Assembly: GCA_964016885.1 (NCBI GenBank)
Contig: OZ024742.1
Span: forward strand, 277,450,001 to 277,514,000
Origin: Eledone cirrhosa
Taxonomy: Eukaryota
Direction: 5' to 3'
DNA length: 64,000 nt
Shown here: piece by piece, positions 39,461-52,434 of the stretch
Position numbering within the stretch: position 1 is the stretch's first letter
Layout: every line of letters starts with the position of its first letter
Translations under genes and position numbers: made by a program
The notes under the pieces: model-generated
Seen by the model: only the letters and a program-made list of their open reading frames with translations
The model's database searches: none
Told to the model about the DNA's origin: nothing

Positions 39461-42089
39461 AACTAATATATATATATATATATATACACACACGCACAGA
39501 TATATATATATATATATATATAGTAATAATAATACATATGAAGACTAAAATCCAAAGAGGGCTCGATAGGGATAAATATATAAGAACTGTAGAGCAAATA
39601 TTTATTAAAATAACAGATTAAAGTTTAAGCAAAGAATCGGCTGCTTTCACCCTTAATGGGATCTTCTGAAACTAAAAAAAAAAATCAATCTGTGAACGCA
39701 GAAGAAAATATTTCGAAAAACGTTGCAACCGAAGGAAGACAGAAAGACGATACTTTGGTTCGTGGAGACGTAGTTTTAGGTATTTCTTCCTGCTTGGTAC
39801 GGGTATGTTCTTTGTAGAAATATTCAGATGTTTCTGCATGATGAATATAAGTCAGAGTACTCAGTCAAGGGAGCCAAATAGTAATAATAATAAATTTGAA
39901 GACTAACATCCAAAGAGGGCTCGATAAGGATAAATATATATCAAATATATAAGAACCGTAGAGCAAATATTTATTAAAATAACAGATTAAAGTTTAAGCA
40001 AAGAATCGGCTGCTTTCACCCTTAATGGGATCTTCTGAAACTAAAAAAAAATCAATCTGTGAACGCAGAAGTAAATATTTCTAAGCCGACCTTTCCCAAT
40101 TGCACCTCTCAAGGGCAATGACACACGACCATGACCTCTGGCATCACACAGTAATACAGAAGACCCGACTTTCCACAGGAACATATAAACAATATTTGTT
40201 TTCCTTTGTTTTTTTATGTCCTATCAACTAATCCGACCTCCAAAATGCTTGCAATTGACTATTTTTTTAGCATATTAACAACAAATATGATTTCCACTGC
40301 AATTAAAAATGACTAGCTTTGTGAATGGTTTTTCCACCCACTTTCTGCCTTCATTTTTCTACAAAGCTAATCATTGACGATAGGTTTCAAAGTTATATTC
40401 ATTCATAATATGTGAAAAAAATAGTCAACTGCGAGCATTGGTGTGATGTAAATGGCAGGAGTAGGTGTTCTGTAATAAATTTACCATATAGTGAAGTATG
40501 GTTATGGTGAATTTATAGTGTGGATTGGGGTAGATTAATGTGCTGTGGTGTGCTTTGTTATAAGTGAGGATTTAAATTTCCACTTTGATTTATGTTATAA
40601 AAAAAAATTTTCCTTCATTTTTGCATGTGCTATCAACTTCCAAGAAGCTCTCAGTGGACTATGCTTTTAGCATATTAACAAAAAATATGACTTCCGCTGC
40701 AATAAAAAATGACTAGCTTTGTAAATGGTATTTCCACCACATCCTCCCTCTTTTTTCTACAAAGCTAGTTATTTCATCAGGTTTCCATGTCATAACCATT
40801 GATAATATGTGCATAAGATAGTAATTTGCGAGCACCTTTCATATCAAATTGGGTTTTAAAAAAAAAAAAAAAAGCCAGATGAAAATTTGTCACACCAAAA
40901 TCAATATCTTGGTGTGATGTAGTATGGTGTGGTTTAGTGAAGTTTCTACAAAGATAGTCATTTTCGATAGGTTTCCATGTCATAATTATTGATAAGTGGG
41001 AAAAAAATAGTCAATTGGGAGCACCTTTAATGTCAGATTGGGTGGTAAGCACACACACACACAAAAAAAAGGAAACGGGAAGAAAATGTTTCACACCAAG
41101 ATCAATAGCTTGGTGTGATGTAGTATGGTGATGGTGTGGTTTGGTTTGGTTTGGTTTGGTGAAGTTATGAAATGGAAACCAATTGTAAACAATAGATTCC
41201 CATGTCATATTCATTGATAATGTGTGGGAAAATAGTCATTTGCAAGCACCTTTGATGTTAGTTTGAAGTGGTAACCACAAAAAAAAAAAAAAAAAAGCAG
41301 GTAGCAAATTTGTCACATTAATGTCCATGTGAGGAGTAGGTGTGATGTAGTATGGTGTAGTTTGTTATGGTGTGGTTTGGATTGTTACAGTGAGTGCTGG
41401 GTGATTTTTTGCTGTGTTACCTCCACGACCACTTTGCAGTGGAATGATATGTACCCTAGTCCTATCATCTCATTTCTACAGCTGAGTAAACTCGAGCAAT
41501 GTGAAATCAAGTGTCTTGCTCATGGAAACAACACACCACCTGGTCTGAGAATTGAACTCACAACCTTTCGATTGCAAGGCCAATGCTCTAACCACTAAGC
41601 CATCTACCTCCATTACCATATTAACAACAAATATGACTTTCACTGCAATCAAAAATGACAAGCTTTGTGAATGGTATTTCCACCCACTTTCCGCCCTCTT
41701 TTTTCTACAAAGCTAGTCATTTTCAACAGGTTTCAAAGTCTTCATTGATAATATGTGCAAAAAATAGTTAATTGCGAACACTTTTAATGTCAGATTGGGT
41801 CGTAAGCACACACACAAAAAAAGACAAAAAAAGCAGGAAGAACATTTTTCACACTGAGTTCAATAGCATGGTGTGATGTAGTATGGTTTAGTTTGGTGTA
41901 GTTATAACATGGAAACCTATCATAAATTTACCAAGGTATGGTATAATCTGGTTTGGTGTAGTGTAGGTTAGTGTGGTGTGGTGTGTTATTGTGTTGCATC
42001 GTATAGCGTGATTCTCTTTAAATTAAAATCATTAAAATGTAATGCCTATCTTCTATATCTTAAAGAGTGGCTGCAAATGACTTTTTTCT

Positions 42090-45000
42090 CTGGGTTAATG
42101 TTAGATTTAGGGTTAGTGTTAGGGTAAGTTTTACTGTTAATGGTAAGTTTATTGTTAGTGACTGTGTTACTGTTAATGGTAAGTTTATTGTTAGTGACTG
42201 TGTTACTGTTAGCATTATTGTCACTGTTAGTGTTACTGTAACTGTTACTCTTACAATTACTGTTTGCGTTACTGTCTGCATCAGCGTTAGCATTTGCATA
42301 AGCGTCTATGTAAGCTTTTGTGTTAGTGTCTATGTAGACTGGTGTTAGCATCTGCGTTAGTGTTTGCGTAAGTGTCAGCATTTGCGTCAGCGTCTGCATT
42401 GGTGATAGTGATTGTGTCAGCATTTCCCTTAGCGTCTGAGTCAACATTAGTGTTTGTTTCAGTGCCTCCTACGTCTATGTCAGCTTCTGAGTCAGCATTA
42501 TTATTAGCGTCCGCGTCAGCATTTCCCTCAGTGTCAGCGTTTGCATCAGCGTGCACGTCAGCATTTGCATTAGTGTTTGAGTCAGTGTTAGCATCAGCGT
42601 TTGCATTTGTGTAGGGGTTAGCATTTGCGTCAGCATCTGCATCAGCATTCACATTAGCATCAGCGTTTGCGACAGCGTTTCCTTTAACGTCTTTGTCAGC
42701 ATTTCCGTTAGCGTCTGTGTCAGTGTTTCCGTTAGCTTCTACATCAGCATTTCCGTGAGCTTCTATGTCAGCGTTTCCATTAGCTTCTACGTCAGCATTT
42801 CCGTTAGCTTCTATGTCAGTGTTTCCGTTAGCTTCTACGTCAGCATTTCCGTTAGCTTCTACATCAGCATTTCCGTGAGCTTCTATGTCAGCGTTTCCGT
42901 TAGCTTCTATGTCAGTGTTTCCGTTAGCTTCTACGTCAGCATTTCCGTTAGCTTCTACGTCAGCATTTCCGTGAGCTTCTATGTCAGCGTTTCCGTTAGC
43001 TTCTATGTCAGTGTTTCCGTTAGCTTCTACGTCAGCATTTCCGTTAGCTTCTACGTCAGCGTTTCCGACCGCGTCTGTGTCAGCGTCAGTATTTACATCT
43101 ACATCAGCGTCAGCGTTTCAGTTAACGTCAGTGTTTACGTTAGCTTCTACGTCAGCGTTTCCGTAACGTCTACGTCAGCGTTTTCCGTTAGCATTGGCGT
43201 TTCCATCAACCTTTCCTGTGGCGTCCGCATCAATGCAGCGTCTGCATATCCCATGTAAGCGTTAACTTCAGCATTTGCGTCAGCGTTAGCCCTAGCGTCC
43301 GCATCAGCATTTGCGTTAGCGTCAGCATACACGTCAGCGCCGGCAAAACTGCCTCAACATTTGTGTCAGCGTTAGCTTGGCTTTGGCTTCAGCAATCCGC
43401 ATCAGCAATTGCGTTTTGGAGATCAGCTTCGGCGGTAAGGGTAAACGCTAACTTCTACGCCTGCTTCTACGTAACAACTACGTCAGCGTTTTGTTAGCTT
43501 CTACGTCAGCGTTTATGTTAGCTTCTACGTCAGCGTTTATGTTAGCTTCTACGCCAGCAACTACGTTAGCTTCTACATCAGCGTCTATGTTAACATCTAC
43601 GTCATCGTTTACGTTAGCTTCTACGTCAGCATCTACATTAGCTTCTACGTCAGCGCTTACATTAGTGTCTGTGTCAGCGTTTGTGTTAGCTTCTACGTCA
43701 GCGTCTGTATTTACATCAGCGTCAGCGTTTACATTTGCGTCTATGTCAGCGTTATCATAAGCTTCTACGTCATCGTTTACATTAGCATCTGCGTCATCGT
43801 TTACGTTAGCGTCTGTGTCAACGTGTGTTAGCATCTGTGTCAGCGTTTATGTTAGCGTCTGCGTCAGTGTTTACGTTAGCATCTGTGTTAACGTGTGTTA
43901 GTGTCTGTGTCAGCATTTTCATTAGTGTTTGCATCAGTGTTTCCTTTAGCTTCTATGACAATGTTTACGTCTGCGTTAAGGTTCACATTAGCATCGCTGT
44001 CATCGTTTGCGTTTGCTTTAACATCTGCATTTGCGTCTGTGTTTACATTAGTGTCTGCATTTGCTTTAGTGTTTGCATCAGCGTGAGCATTTGTGTCAGT
44101 GTCCACGTCAGCGTTAGAGTCTGTGTAGCATTTACATCAGCGTGTGCGTCAGAGTCTTTGTCAGCATTCGCCTTTGCACCTGCATCAGTATTCACGTTAG
44201 TGTTTGTGTCAACATTTGCGCTAGTGTTTGTGCCAGCATAGCCATCTTCGTCAGCGTTGGTGTTAGTGTTAGTGTTTGATTTTGTATTAGTGTTAGCATT
44301 TGTGTTAGTGTTCAGGTTAATGTTGACTTAGTTTTCTGGTTAGTGTTAGTTTTCAGGTTAGGGCTCGTGTTACTTTTAGTGTTAGTGCTCAGGTTAGTGG
44401 TTTATGGTAGTGTTAGTTTTAGTGTTCAGGTTAATGTTCATGTTAATGTCAGTTTTAGTGTTAGTGTTCAGGTTAGTGTTAGTGTTTACGGTAGTGTTAG
44501 TGTTATTTTTTCCATTAGTGTTAGTGCTAGTCTTTGTTTTTGTGTTAATGTTAGTGTTTGTTTTAGTGTTGAGGTTAATGTTAGCTTAGTTTTCTGGTTA
44601 GTATCAGTTTTCGTGTTAGTTTTAGTGTTAGTGTTCAGGTTAATGTTAGTGTTTTTTTTGTGTTAGTTTTTATGGTAGTGTTAGTGTTAGTGCTCAGATC
44701 AGTGTTAGTGTTTGTGTTACTGTTTATGGTAGTGTTAGTTTTAGTGCTAGTGTTTAGGTTAATGTTAGTTTTAGTGTAAGTGTTCAGATTAGTGTTAGTG
44801 TTCATGTTATGTTAGTGTTAATGTTAGTTTTAGTGTTAAGGTTAGTGTTAGAGATTGTGTTTGTTTTTGTGTTAGTATCTCTGTTAGCATTAGTGATTGA
44901 TGTTTCCATTAGTGTTAGTGATTGTGTTAGCGTTAGTCTTTGTTTTTGTGTTAATGTTAGCATTAGTATTTCTGTTAGTGTTAGCATGAGTGTTTGTGTT

Positions 45001-45990
45001 AGTGTTCAGGTTAATGTTAGATTAGTTTTCAGGTTAGTGTTAGTCTTCAAGTTAATGTTAGTTTTAGTGTTAGAGATTGTGTTAGTGTTTGTTTTTGTGT
45101 TAATATTTGTGTTAGTATCTGTGTTAGTTTTAGTGTAAGTGTTCAGGTTAGTGTTAGTGTTCAGGTTAGTGTTAGTGTTCAAGTTAGTTTTAGTGTTCAG
45201 GGTAGTGTTAGAGATTGTGTTAGTGCTAGTATTTGTTTTTGTGTTAATATTTGTGTTAGTATCTCTGTTAGCATTAGTGTTTGATGTTTCCATTAGTGTT
45301 AGTGATTGTGTTAGCGTTAGTTTTTGTTTTTGTGTTAAGGTTAGCGTTAATGTTAGCATTAGTATTTCTGTTAGTGTTAGCATTAGTGTTCAGGTTAATG
45401 TTAGCTTAGTTTTCAGGTTAAAGTTAGTGTTCAAGTTAATGTTAGTTTTAATGTTAGTTTTAGTGTTAGTGTTGAGGTTAGTGTTAGAGATTGTGTTTGT
45501 TTTTGTGTTAATATTTGTGTTAGTATCTCTGTTAGCATTAGTGTTTGTTTTAGTGTTGAAGTTATTGTTAGCTTAGTTTTCTGGTTAGTATCAGTTTTCA
45601 GATTAGTGTTTGTGTTAGTGTTACTTTTAGTGTTAGTGCTCAGGTCAGTGTTAGTGTTTATGGTAGTGTTAGTTTTAGTGCTAGTGTTCAGGCTAATGTT
45701 AGTTTTAGTGTAAGTGTTCAGGTTACTGTTAGTGTTTGTATTAGTGTTTACGGTAGTGTTAGTTTTAGTGCTGGTGTTCAGGTTAGTGTTAGTGTCAGTT
45801 TTAATGTTAGTGTTCAGGTTAGTGTTTGTGTTAGTTTTCTATTTAATGTTAGTTTTCAGATTTTGTGTTTGTGTTAGTTTTCATGTTAGCGCTAAGTTCA
45901 CTGTTAGAGCATGTGTGAGTGCAAGTGTTAGAGCATGTGTGAGTGCAAGTGTTAGGGTAAGTGTTATTTTTAAAGTTCGGTTTTAGCTTA
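42090..45990. repeat. Hexamer-based low-complexity satellite (GTTAGT/GTCAGC family) with a 24-bp higher-order repeat at about 42700-43060
   Basis: gtcagcatttccgttagcttctac repeats; gttagt/gtgtta runs at 44260-45990. Confidence 0.85.
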
Positions 45991-46326
45991 AAGTAGGTTT
46001 TCTACTTTCCAGGAAAAAAGTTGATCCTCTCTAACTTGAGTGGTGTGATATAGTGTGGTAAAGTATAGTGTTTCATAGTCTTGTGTGGTGTTGTCTATTG
46101 TTGTATAGTGTAGTATGGTATATTGTTTCATAGCATGGTCTGATGTGAGGTCGTACAGTGTTTCGTAGTGTGGTGTTAGATAATATGGTATGGTATAATG
46201 TTTGTCAGTGTGGTGTGGCATGGTATAGGTTGATGTAGTGTGGCTTAGTTTGATTATAATAATACAAATAATAATAACAATAACAATAGTAATAATAATT
46301 GTTCTTCTTGTTCATTTTCTTTGTCT

Positions 46327-46530
46327 TCTTCTGTGCCTTTGTTTTCTTCTGTGCCTTTGACTGCTTCTGTGCCTTTGACTGCTTCTGTGCCTTTGACTGC
46401 TTCTGTGGCTTTGACTGCTTCTGTGGCTTTGACTGCTTCTGTGCCTTTGACTGCTTCTGTGCCTTTGACTGCTTCTGTTCCTTTGACTTCTTCTGTGCCT
46501 TTGACTGCTTCTGTGCCTTTGACTTCTGTA
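46327..46530. repeat. 18-bp minisatellite (tttgactgcttctgtgcc)n
   Basis: About 11 copies; reads (KGTEAV)n or (QKQSKA)n on the minus strand. Confidence 0.9.
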
Positions 46531-48107
46531 CCTTTATCTTCTCCTCTGCCATCTAAATACCAAAAACAAAGAATGTAAAACATATATGTTGCCTATCTCT
46601 CAGACTTTACAAAGTGCTGAGGAGATAAAGTTAATTTAAAGAGCAGTGTGCTCATGCACTGTGATCCTATAATGTAGCTTATAAGCTATTTCATAACTAA
46701 AAAACAATGTCAAACATCAACAAAAGTATATACAAATATCTTTGAATGTTTAAGTTAAACCTAAATAGATTGTATCTACAGGTCATTAGGTTAAGACTGA
46801 ACTAAGATCATATCTATAAATCATTAGGTTTAGACTGAACTGAGATCATACTTTCTTCTTCTTTTCGTCATCTTTGTTTCCCGTGTCTTCTTTGTCTTTG
46901 TTGTCATTTTCATTTTAGTTGTCTGCTTCGTCGTCTTTTTCTTCTTTTCCATCTAAATATAAAAAAAAATTGTAAACAAATATATAGCTGATCTCTCAGA
47001 CTTTCACGAAACACCGAGGAGATACAGTTAATATAATGAGTGGGGAGCTCATATATATATATATATATGGTATAGCATGGTGTTATGTGGTCTGGTGTGG
47101 TACAACATGGTGTGATGTGGTGTGGTATGATATGGTGAGGCGGGGTGGGGGGACACAACGTTAGATTAATGTTAACAATACACATGTAGCATCCACATGT
47201 GATGAGAAGGGGGAAACAGTGTTTAACTAATTTTAACATTACATGTAGCATCCATCTACAGGTGATAAGTTAAGACTGAGGTGTAATCATCTGAAAAGGT
47301 CAATATAAAACTACACTGAGATTATGCTTAAAATGATGGTCAATGAAGTGTTTACTTACTCAGATCCTTTGAAATAACTTTCTTTCTCTTACTGTAACTG
47401 GACATACCTACGAAATAGAAAACAGTCGAATAGACAGTGGTGTAGTGTGGTGTAGTTTAGTGTAGTGGACAGTGGTGTGGTGTAGTGGAGTGTGGTTCAA
47501 TGTAGGGTGGGGGATATGGTGTAGTGGAGTGTGGTAGGATGTAGTGTGGTAGCATGTCATGTGATGGCATGTGATGTGATGTGGCGAGGCGTGGTGAAAT
47601 GTGATGTGGTCTGGTGTGGTGTGGTGTGATGTGATGTGTTGTGGTGAGATGGGGTGTGGTGTGATGGCGTGCGGAGTGATTTGATGTGGTGTGATGTGAT
47701 GTGAAATGTTTTCATCCTATTTTTCATGTGCTATCAACTAATCCAATCTCCAAGATGCTTGAAACTGACTTTTTCCCCCCAGGAAAACGGCAGGGTGAGG
47801 TTGCTCCCCCTTCACCCGGATAACCCCTGCTTACTCGGAATTTTCTCTTTGATTCTATTTTCATACGCTATCAGTGAATATGACTTCCAAACCAGTCAAA
47901 AACAACTAGCTTTGGAGAAAGAGGAGAGGGAGAGGGGAAGAGTTTTGCAGATCTACACCCCACTCACATGTTGTGGGACTTAATCATTTTCGGTATATTT
48001 CCTGTGCTATTAATTTCCTGTGCTATTTCCTATGCTATTTCCTGTGCTATTTCCTGTGCTATTAATTAATCTGACCTCCTAGATGCTTCCAATCAACTTA
48101 TTTCCCT

Positions 48108-48460
48108 GGGTTAGGTTTAGGGTTTAGTTTTAGGGTAAAGTTTAGGGTTGGGGTAGTGTTTAGGGTCTAGTTTTAGGGTTGGGGTAAAGTTTAGGGTTTA
48201 GTTTTAGGGTTGGGGTAAAGTTTAGGGTTTAGTTTTAGGTTTGGGGTAAAGTTTAGGGTTTAGTTTTAGGTTTGGGATAAAGTTTAGGGTTTAGTTTTAG
48301 GGTTGGGGTAATGTTTAGGGTTTAGTTTTATGGTTGGGGTATAGTTTAGGGTTTAGTTTAAGGGTTGGGGTAATGTTTATATTTAGATTTAGCTTGGTTT
48401 GGTTTAGATTTAGAGTTTAGGGTTGGGGCTAGATTTAATTTTATGTTTAATTTAGTTTTA
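48108..48460. repeat. 31-bp telomere-like satellite gtttagggtttagttttagggttggggtaaa
   Basis: Period of 31 (ggggtaaag at 48181 and 48212), built from TTAGGG/TTTAGGG variants. Confidence 0.85.
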
Positions 48461-49072
48461 GTTTCCAAATCCCAGAAAAAAAAAAATTGATTCAGAGCAA
48501 CTAAAAGATCAGATTAGTTGATAGCACTCAAAAGGAGACTGAAAAAAAATCATTAGGGTATATATCTACAAAACGACAAGGGTTTTTCCACCTGCTTTAC
48601 CCCTCCTTTTTCCTAGAACAACTAATCATTTCCAACCGGTTTGGAGGTCACATTCGTTGATAACATACGAAAAATCTTAGAGAAAACTCTGGGGTTAAAT
48701 GAGAGAAGTGCATCCACCTAAGTTTTCCATGAAGAGAGAGTCAATAACAAACATCTTGGAGTCCGGATTAGTTGATAACACATGAAAAAAAGATGAGGAA
48801 AACATTTTGGGTGTTATGTGGTGCGGTGCGGTGCAGTGTGGTGTTGTGCAGTGCGTTGTTGTGCAGTGCGGTGCAGTGAGGTTCTTCATCTTTATCCTTC
48901 TCTTCTTCATCTTTGTATTCATCTTCTTTGTTTTGTCTTCCATCTAAATAAAAAAAAAATATATAAAACATATATGTAGCCAATCTCTCAGACTTTTACA
49001 AAGCTCCAGGGAGATAAATTTAATATAAGTGGTGTGTTCCTGAACAGAGATACTACAAAATAGCTTAAAAGC

Positions 49073-49126
<54 letters not shown>

Positions 49127-49549
49127 AATAAATTAATATACACGGGTGTGTATGATTGTGTATAGAAGATTATATTAATAAAAGGAATTCCAACTTTGTC
49201 TGATTTACTCGTTTTATTTACAATCCTTTAAAATTATAATGGTATTAGAATTAAATAGTATGGTAGAATATTAAGTGTTAAGTGTTAATTGAACAATAAT
49301 AATTTTTAGGGGTATAAAAACCCTAGAAAATGCTATTTTCATCATTTCTAAAAATAGCAAAACAATTGATACTTTGGATAGAGCCAAATAGAAGTCATTA
49401 GACATGCTCAACCAACCATGACGCCTAAACCAATCAGCTTCAGTAATCCAGTGAAACTACACACCAATTGGTCGAAATACAGTTTGCAAAATTAGCATTC
49501 TGTAGCCGCTTTTCACTGTATATAAGGCCCAAAATTTATCCATCTCATT

Positions 49550-51529
49550 CATCATCATCATCATTTTACGTCCGCTTTTCCCTGCTTGCAAGGGTGGGAC
49601 GGGTCTTATTCAGCGCAGCATCTCTCCACTCGTCACGGTCCTTCGTCATCTCCACCGTGAGCTTCAATGATCTGAGGTCTGTTCTCACCACCTCCGCCCA
49701 TGTTTTTCGTGGTCTACCTCTACCACGTCTTCCTTCAACTGGCATTTCCTGGCACTTCTTCACCCATCGGTCATCCTCCATGCGCATCACATGTCCATAC
49801 CACCTCAGTCTCCTCTCCCGTACACTACATTCTATCCCTTTCAGACACAGTTTCTCTCTCAACACATTTATGCTGGGTCGTTCATGCACATTTACACTGC
49901 ACATCCAACGGAGCATGTTTGCCTCATTTCTCTCCAGCCATTGCATATCCTCTGCAGTTGCTGCCCATGTCTCACTACCATGCAGCATCGCGCTCCTCAC
50001 ACAGGCATCATACAACCGGCCTTTCGTACGCAGGGAGAAACCCTTCGTCAACAGAGGAAGCAGCTCCCTAAACTTCTTCCAACCCATCCTTATTCTAGAT
50101 ACTATGACCTCGGAACACCCTCCTCCCATGCTAATCTGATCTCCTAGGTACCGGAAGCTATCCACCACTTTTATAGCGCCCTCCTGCATTTGAAAAATGT
50201 GTCTATCAATGCGACTTCTACTGTCTAATTTCCCTGTACATCTACTGCATACATATTTCTCCCTACCTGTTAGTTTGCCTGCTATCCCGCTACATCTCTT
50301 GTGTACCAAGGATCTGCATTGTGTGCATTTTATAGAATTTATGCCAGTTCCTTTTCTGCATATCGAACATGGCCATTTCCCTGACAGAATCAGGGTTTTG
50401 TCCTCTTTTCTACTCATTAACACTTTTGTCTTAGCTAGGTTCACTCTCAGTCCTCTTGCTTCCAACTGCTGTTTCCATAGCCAGAATTTATTCTCTAGCT
50501 CCTCTACTGATTCTTCTATAAGAACCAGATCGTCAGCATAGAGAAGTTCCTATGGACAGCTAGTCTTAAACTCCTCTGTTATGGCTTGGAGGACTATATT
50601 GAAGAAGAGCGGGCTGAGGACCGAACCCTGATGTACTCCTACTTGTATCTGGAATTCCTCACTCAACTCCATTCCTACCCTGACTTTACTGAGAGTACCT
50701 CTGTACAAAGTTTGCACTGTCCTCACAAGCCATTCCTCAACACCTAGCTTCCTTAGGGACCACCAGATGACAGATCGGGGTACCCTATCAAAGGCCTTCT
50801 CTAGGTCAACAAAGGCTAAGTATAGTGGCTTATTCTTCTCTAAGAACCTCTCTTGCAATTGTCTCACCAAGAAGAGGGCATCTGTTGTACTCTTCCCAGG
50901 CACAAAACCAAACTGCATCTCATCTAGTTTGACTCTTTCTCTAATTAGTTGTGCTAAAATCCTTTCTGCCACTTTCATAACCTGATCTATCAGTTTTATA
51001 CCCCTATAATTGCTCCTCTCCAGAGCACCCCCTTTACCTTTGTAGCAATTTATGAGAATACTGCTGCACCAGTCTTTGGGTATGACACCACCATATATAG
51101 CCTGATTGATGATGTGTGCAACCAGTTTAGTGCCTACGTCCCCTGATGCCTTCAGCAATTATTCCTGATGGTCTGGCAGCCTTACCATTGTTCATTTCCC
51201 TAATCGCCTCTTGGACCCTATATTCGTCAATCTCAATAGCTGGTCCCTCTGTCGGATCTACCAAGGGTAATTTCTCCCGCTCCCATTTGTTCTCCACATT
51301 CATCAGTCTCTCATAATGACATTTCCAGGCCTCCTTTTTCTGATCATTCGTGACACTAAGTACACCGGCATCATCCCGGACACATTTATCTCCAACAACA
51401 TCCTGATTTGCATTGACACACTGCCTTGCAATGTGGAACACCGCACGCCTCTGATCTTCCCGTCGCAGAACATTGGCAAACCTCCTACTCTCTGCCTCCC
51501 TGCGTGCTAAATACACCTGACGTCTAGCT
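49550..51529 (-). mobile_element. 5'-truncated RTE LINE with 7-bp TSD
   Basis: RT motifs in ORFs 50550-51158 and 49566-50465; (ATG)n tail; TCTCATT at 49543-49549 and 51530-51536. Confidence 0.92.
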
Positions 51530-51575
51530 TCTCATTACAGTTGAAAATTGTAAACTTGACTGTCACCACAGAATA

Positions 51576-51614
51576 TGAACCTGAAGATTGCAAAAGCATG
51601 AAAGTACTTGTTCA
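51576..51614 (+). ncRNA. Minimal type I hammerhead ribozyme
   Basis: UGAAC-CUGAAGA-U-UGC-aaaa-GCA-U-GAA-AGUACU-U-GUUCA: perfect 5-bp stem I, 3-bp stem II, palindromic stem III, triplet CUU, predicted cut after 51609. Confidence 0.78.
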
Positions 51615-51664
51615 ATTAACATTTAACACTTAATATTCTACCATACTATTCAGATTACATCTAT

Positions 51665-52270
51665 ATATATATACACATGGTGGCTGCCAACTCGTTTTCG
51701 AGTACGGCCACTACTTTATATCCATGTAGGAGAACCCCTACCGATGCGCTGAACGAGTGTGACTTTTTAGTGCAGCCAGTGACTTGAAAACTCTGGTACA
51801 AACACTACACTTGTGACAATTATTGACACATAGTGCTTGTGACGACAAGTGCAGAGAGGTCTCCAGATATAAAGCAATGCCTGTGCCGTGAAGCTTTTAT
51901 AGTGAGTAAAGGCACTGCACAAAGCCAGTCCCACTCTCTTAACCAAGATGATATTTACCAAAAAGAAGAACAAGTCAACATCATTGGATACCATCAGGGT
52001 TGCAGGTGTTATATCAGAGTTTTCCTTCTCCTAGAATTCTGCCTTGACAAAGGCTAAGGGGTCATCTCTCCCAGTGATTTTGGATTGCCATTGACTCTTA
52101 AGAGCTCCTTTGCCCTTTGACACGTTTTGTTTTTAGTCCTGCAGGATGTCCAAAGTCACCCTCCTCACCAAGAAACCTTGGTGGGGTAGCCAGTTTAGTC
52201 GCCAACGACCCGACCATGGGACAGGTTGTACTGGGATACATGTTACCAGTAGCACCAACTAGTGACCTGA
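51665..52270 (-). mobile_element. Non-autonomous repeat with RTE-5'UTR-like head; second copy at about 61055-61618
   Basis: Two near-identical copies (shared ORF-track peptides MVSNDVDLFFFLVN..); (TA)n flanks. Confidence 0.75.
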
Positions 52271-52434
52271 CATATATATATACATTCCTATATATAAATA
52301 CAGACATACACACATATACATATATACAAATATTCATATATATATATATACATTCATATATATACATACATACACACATATACATTTATACAAATACACA
52401 TATATATACACATACACATACACATATCATGCAT

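Noticed and set aside
44343-45986. Hydrophobic V/L-rich ORFs resembling membrane proteins
   Set aside because: Automatic product of (GTTAGT)n repeats.
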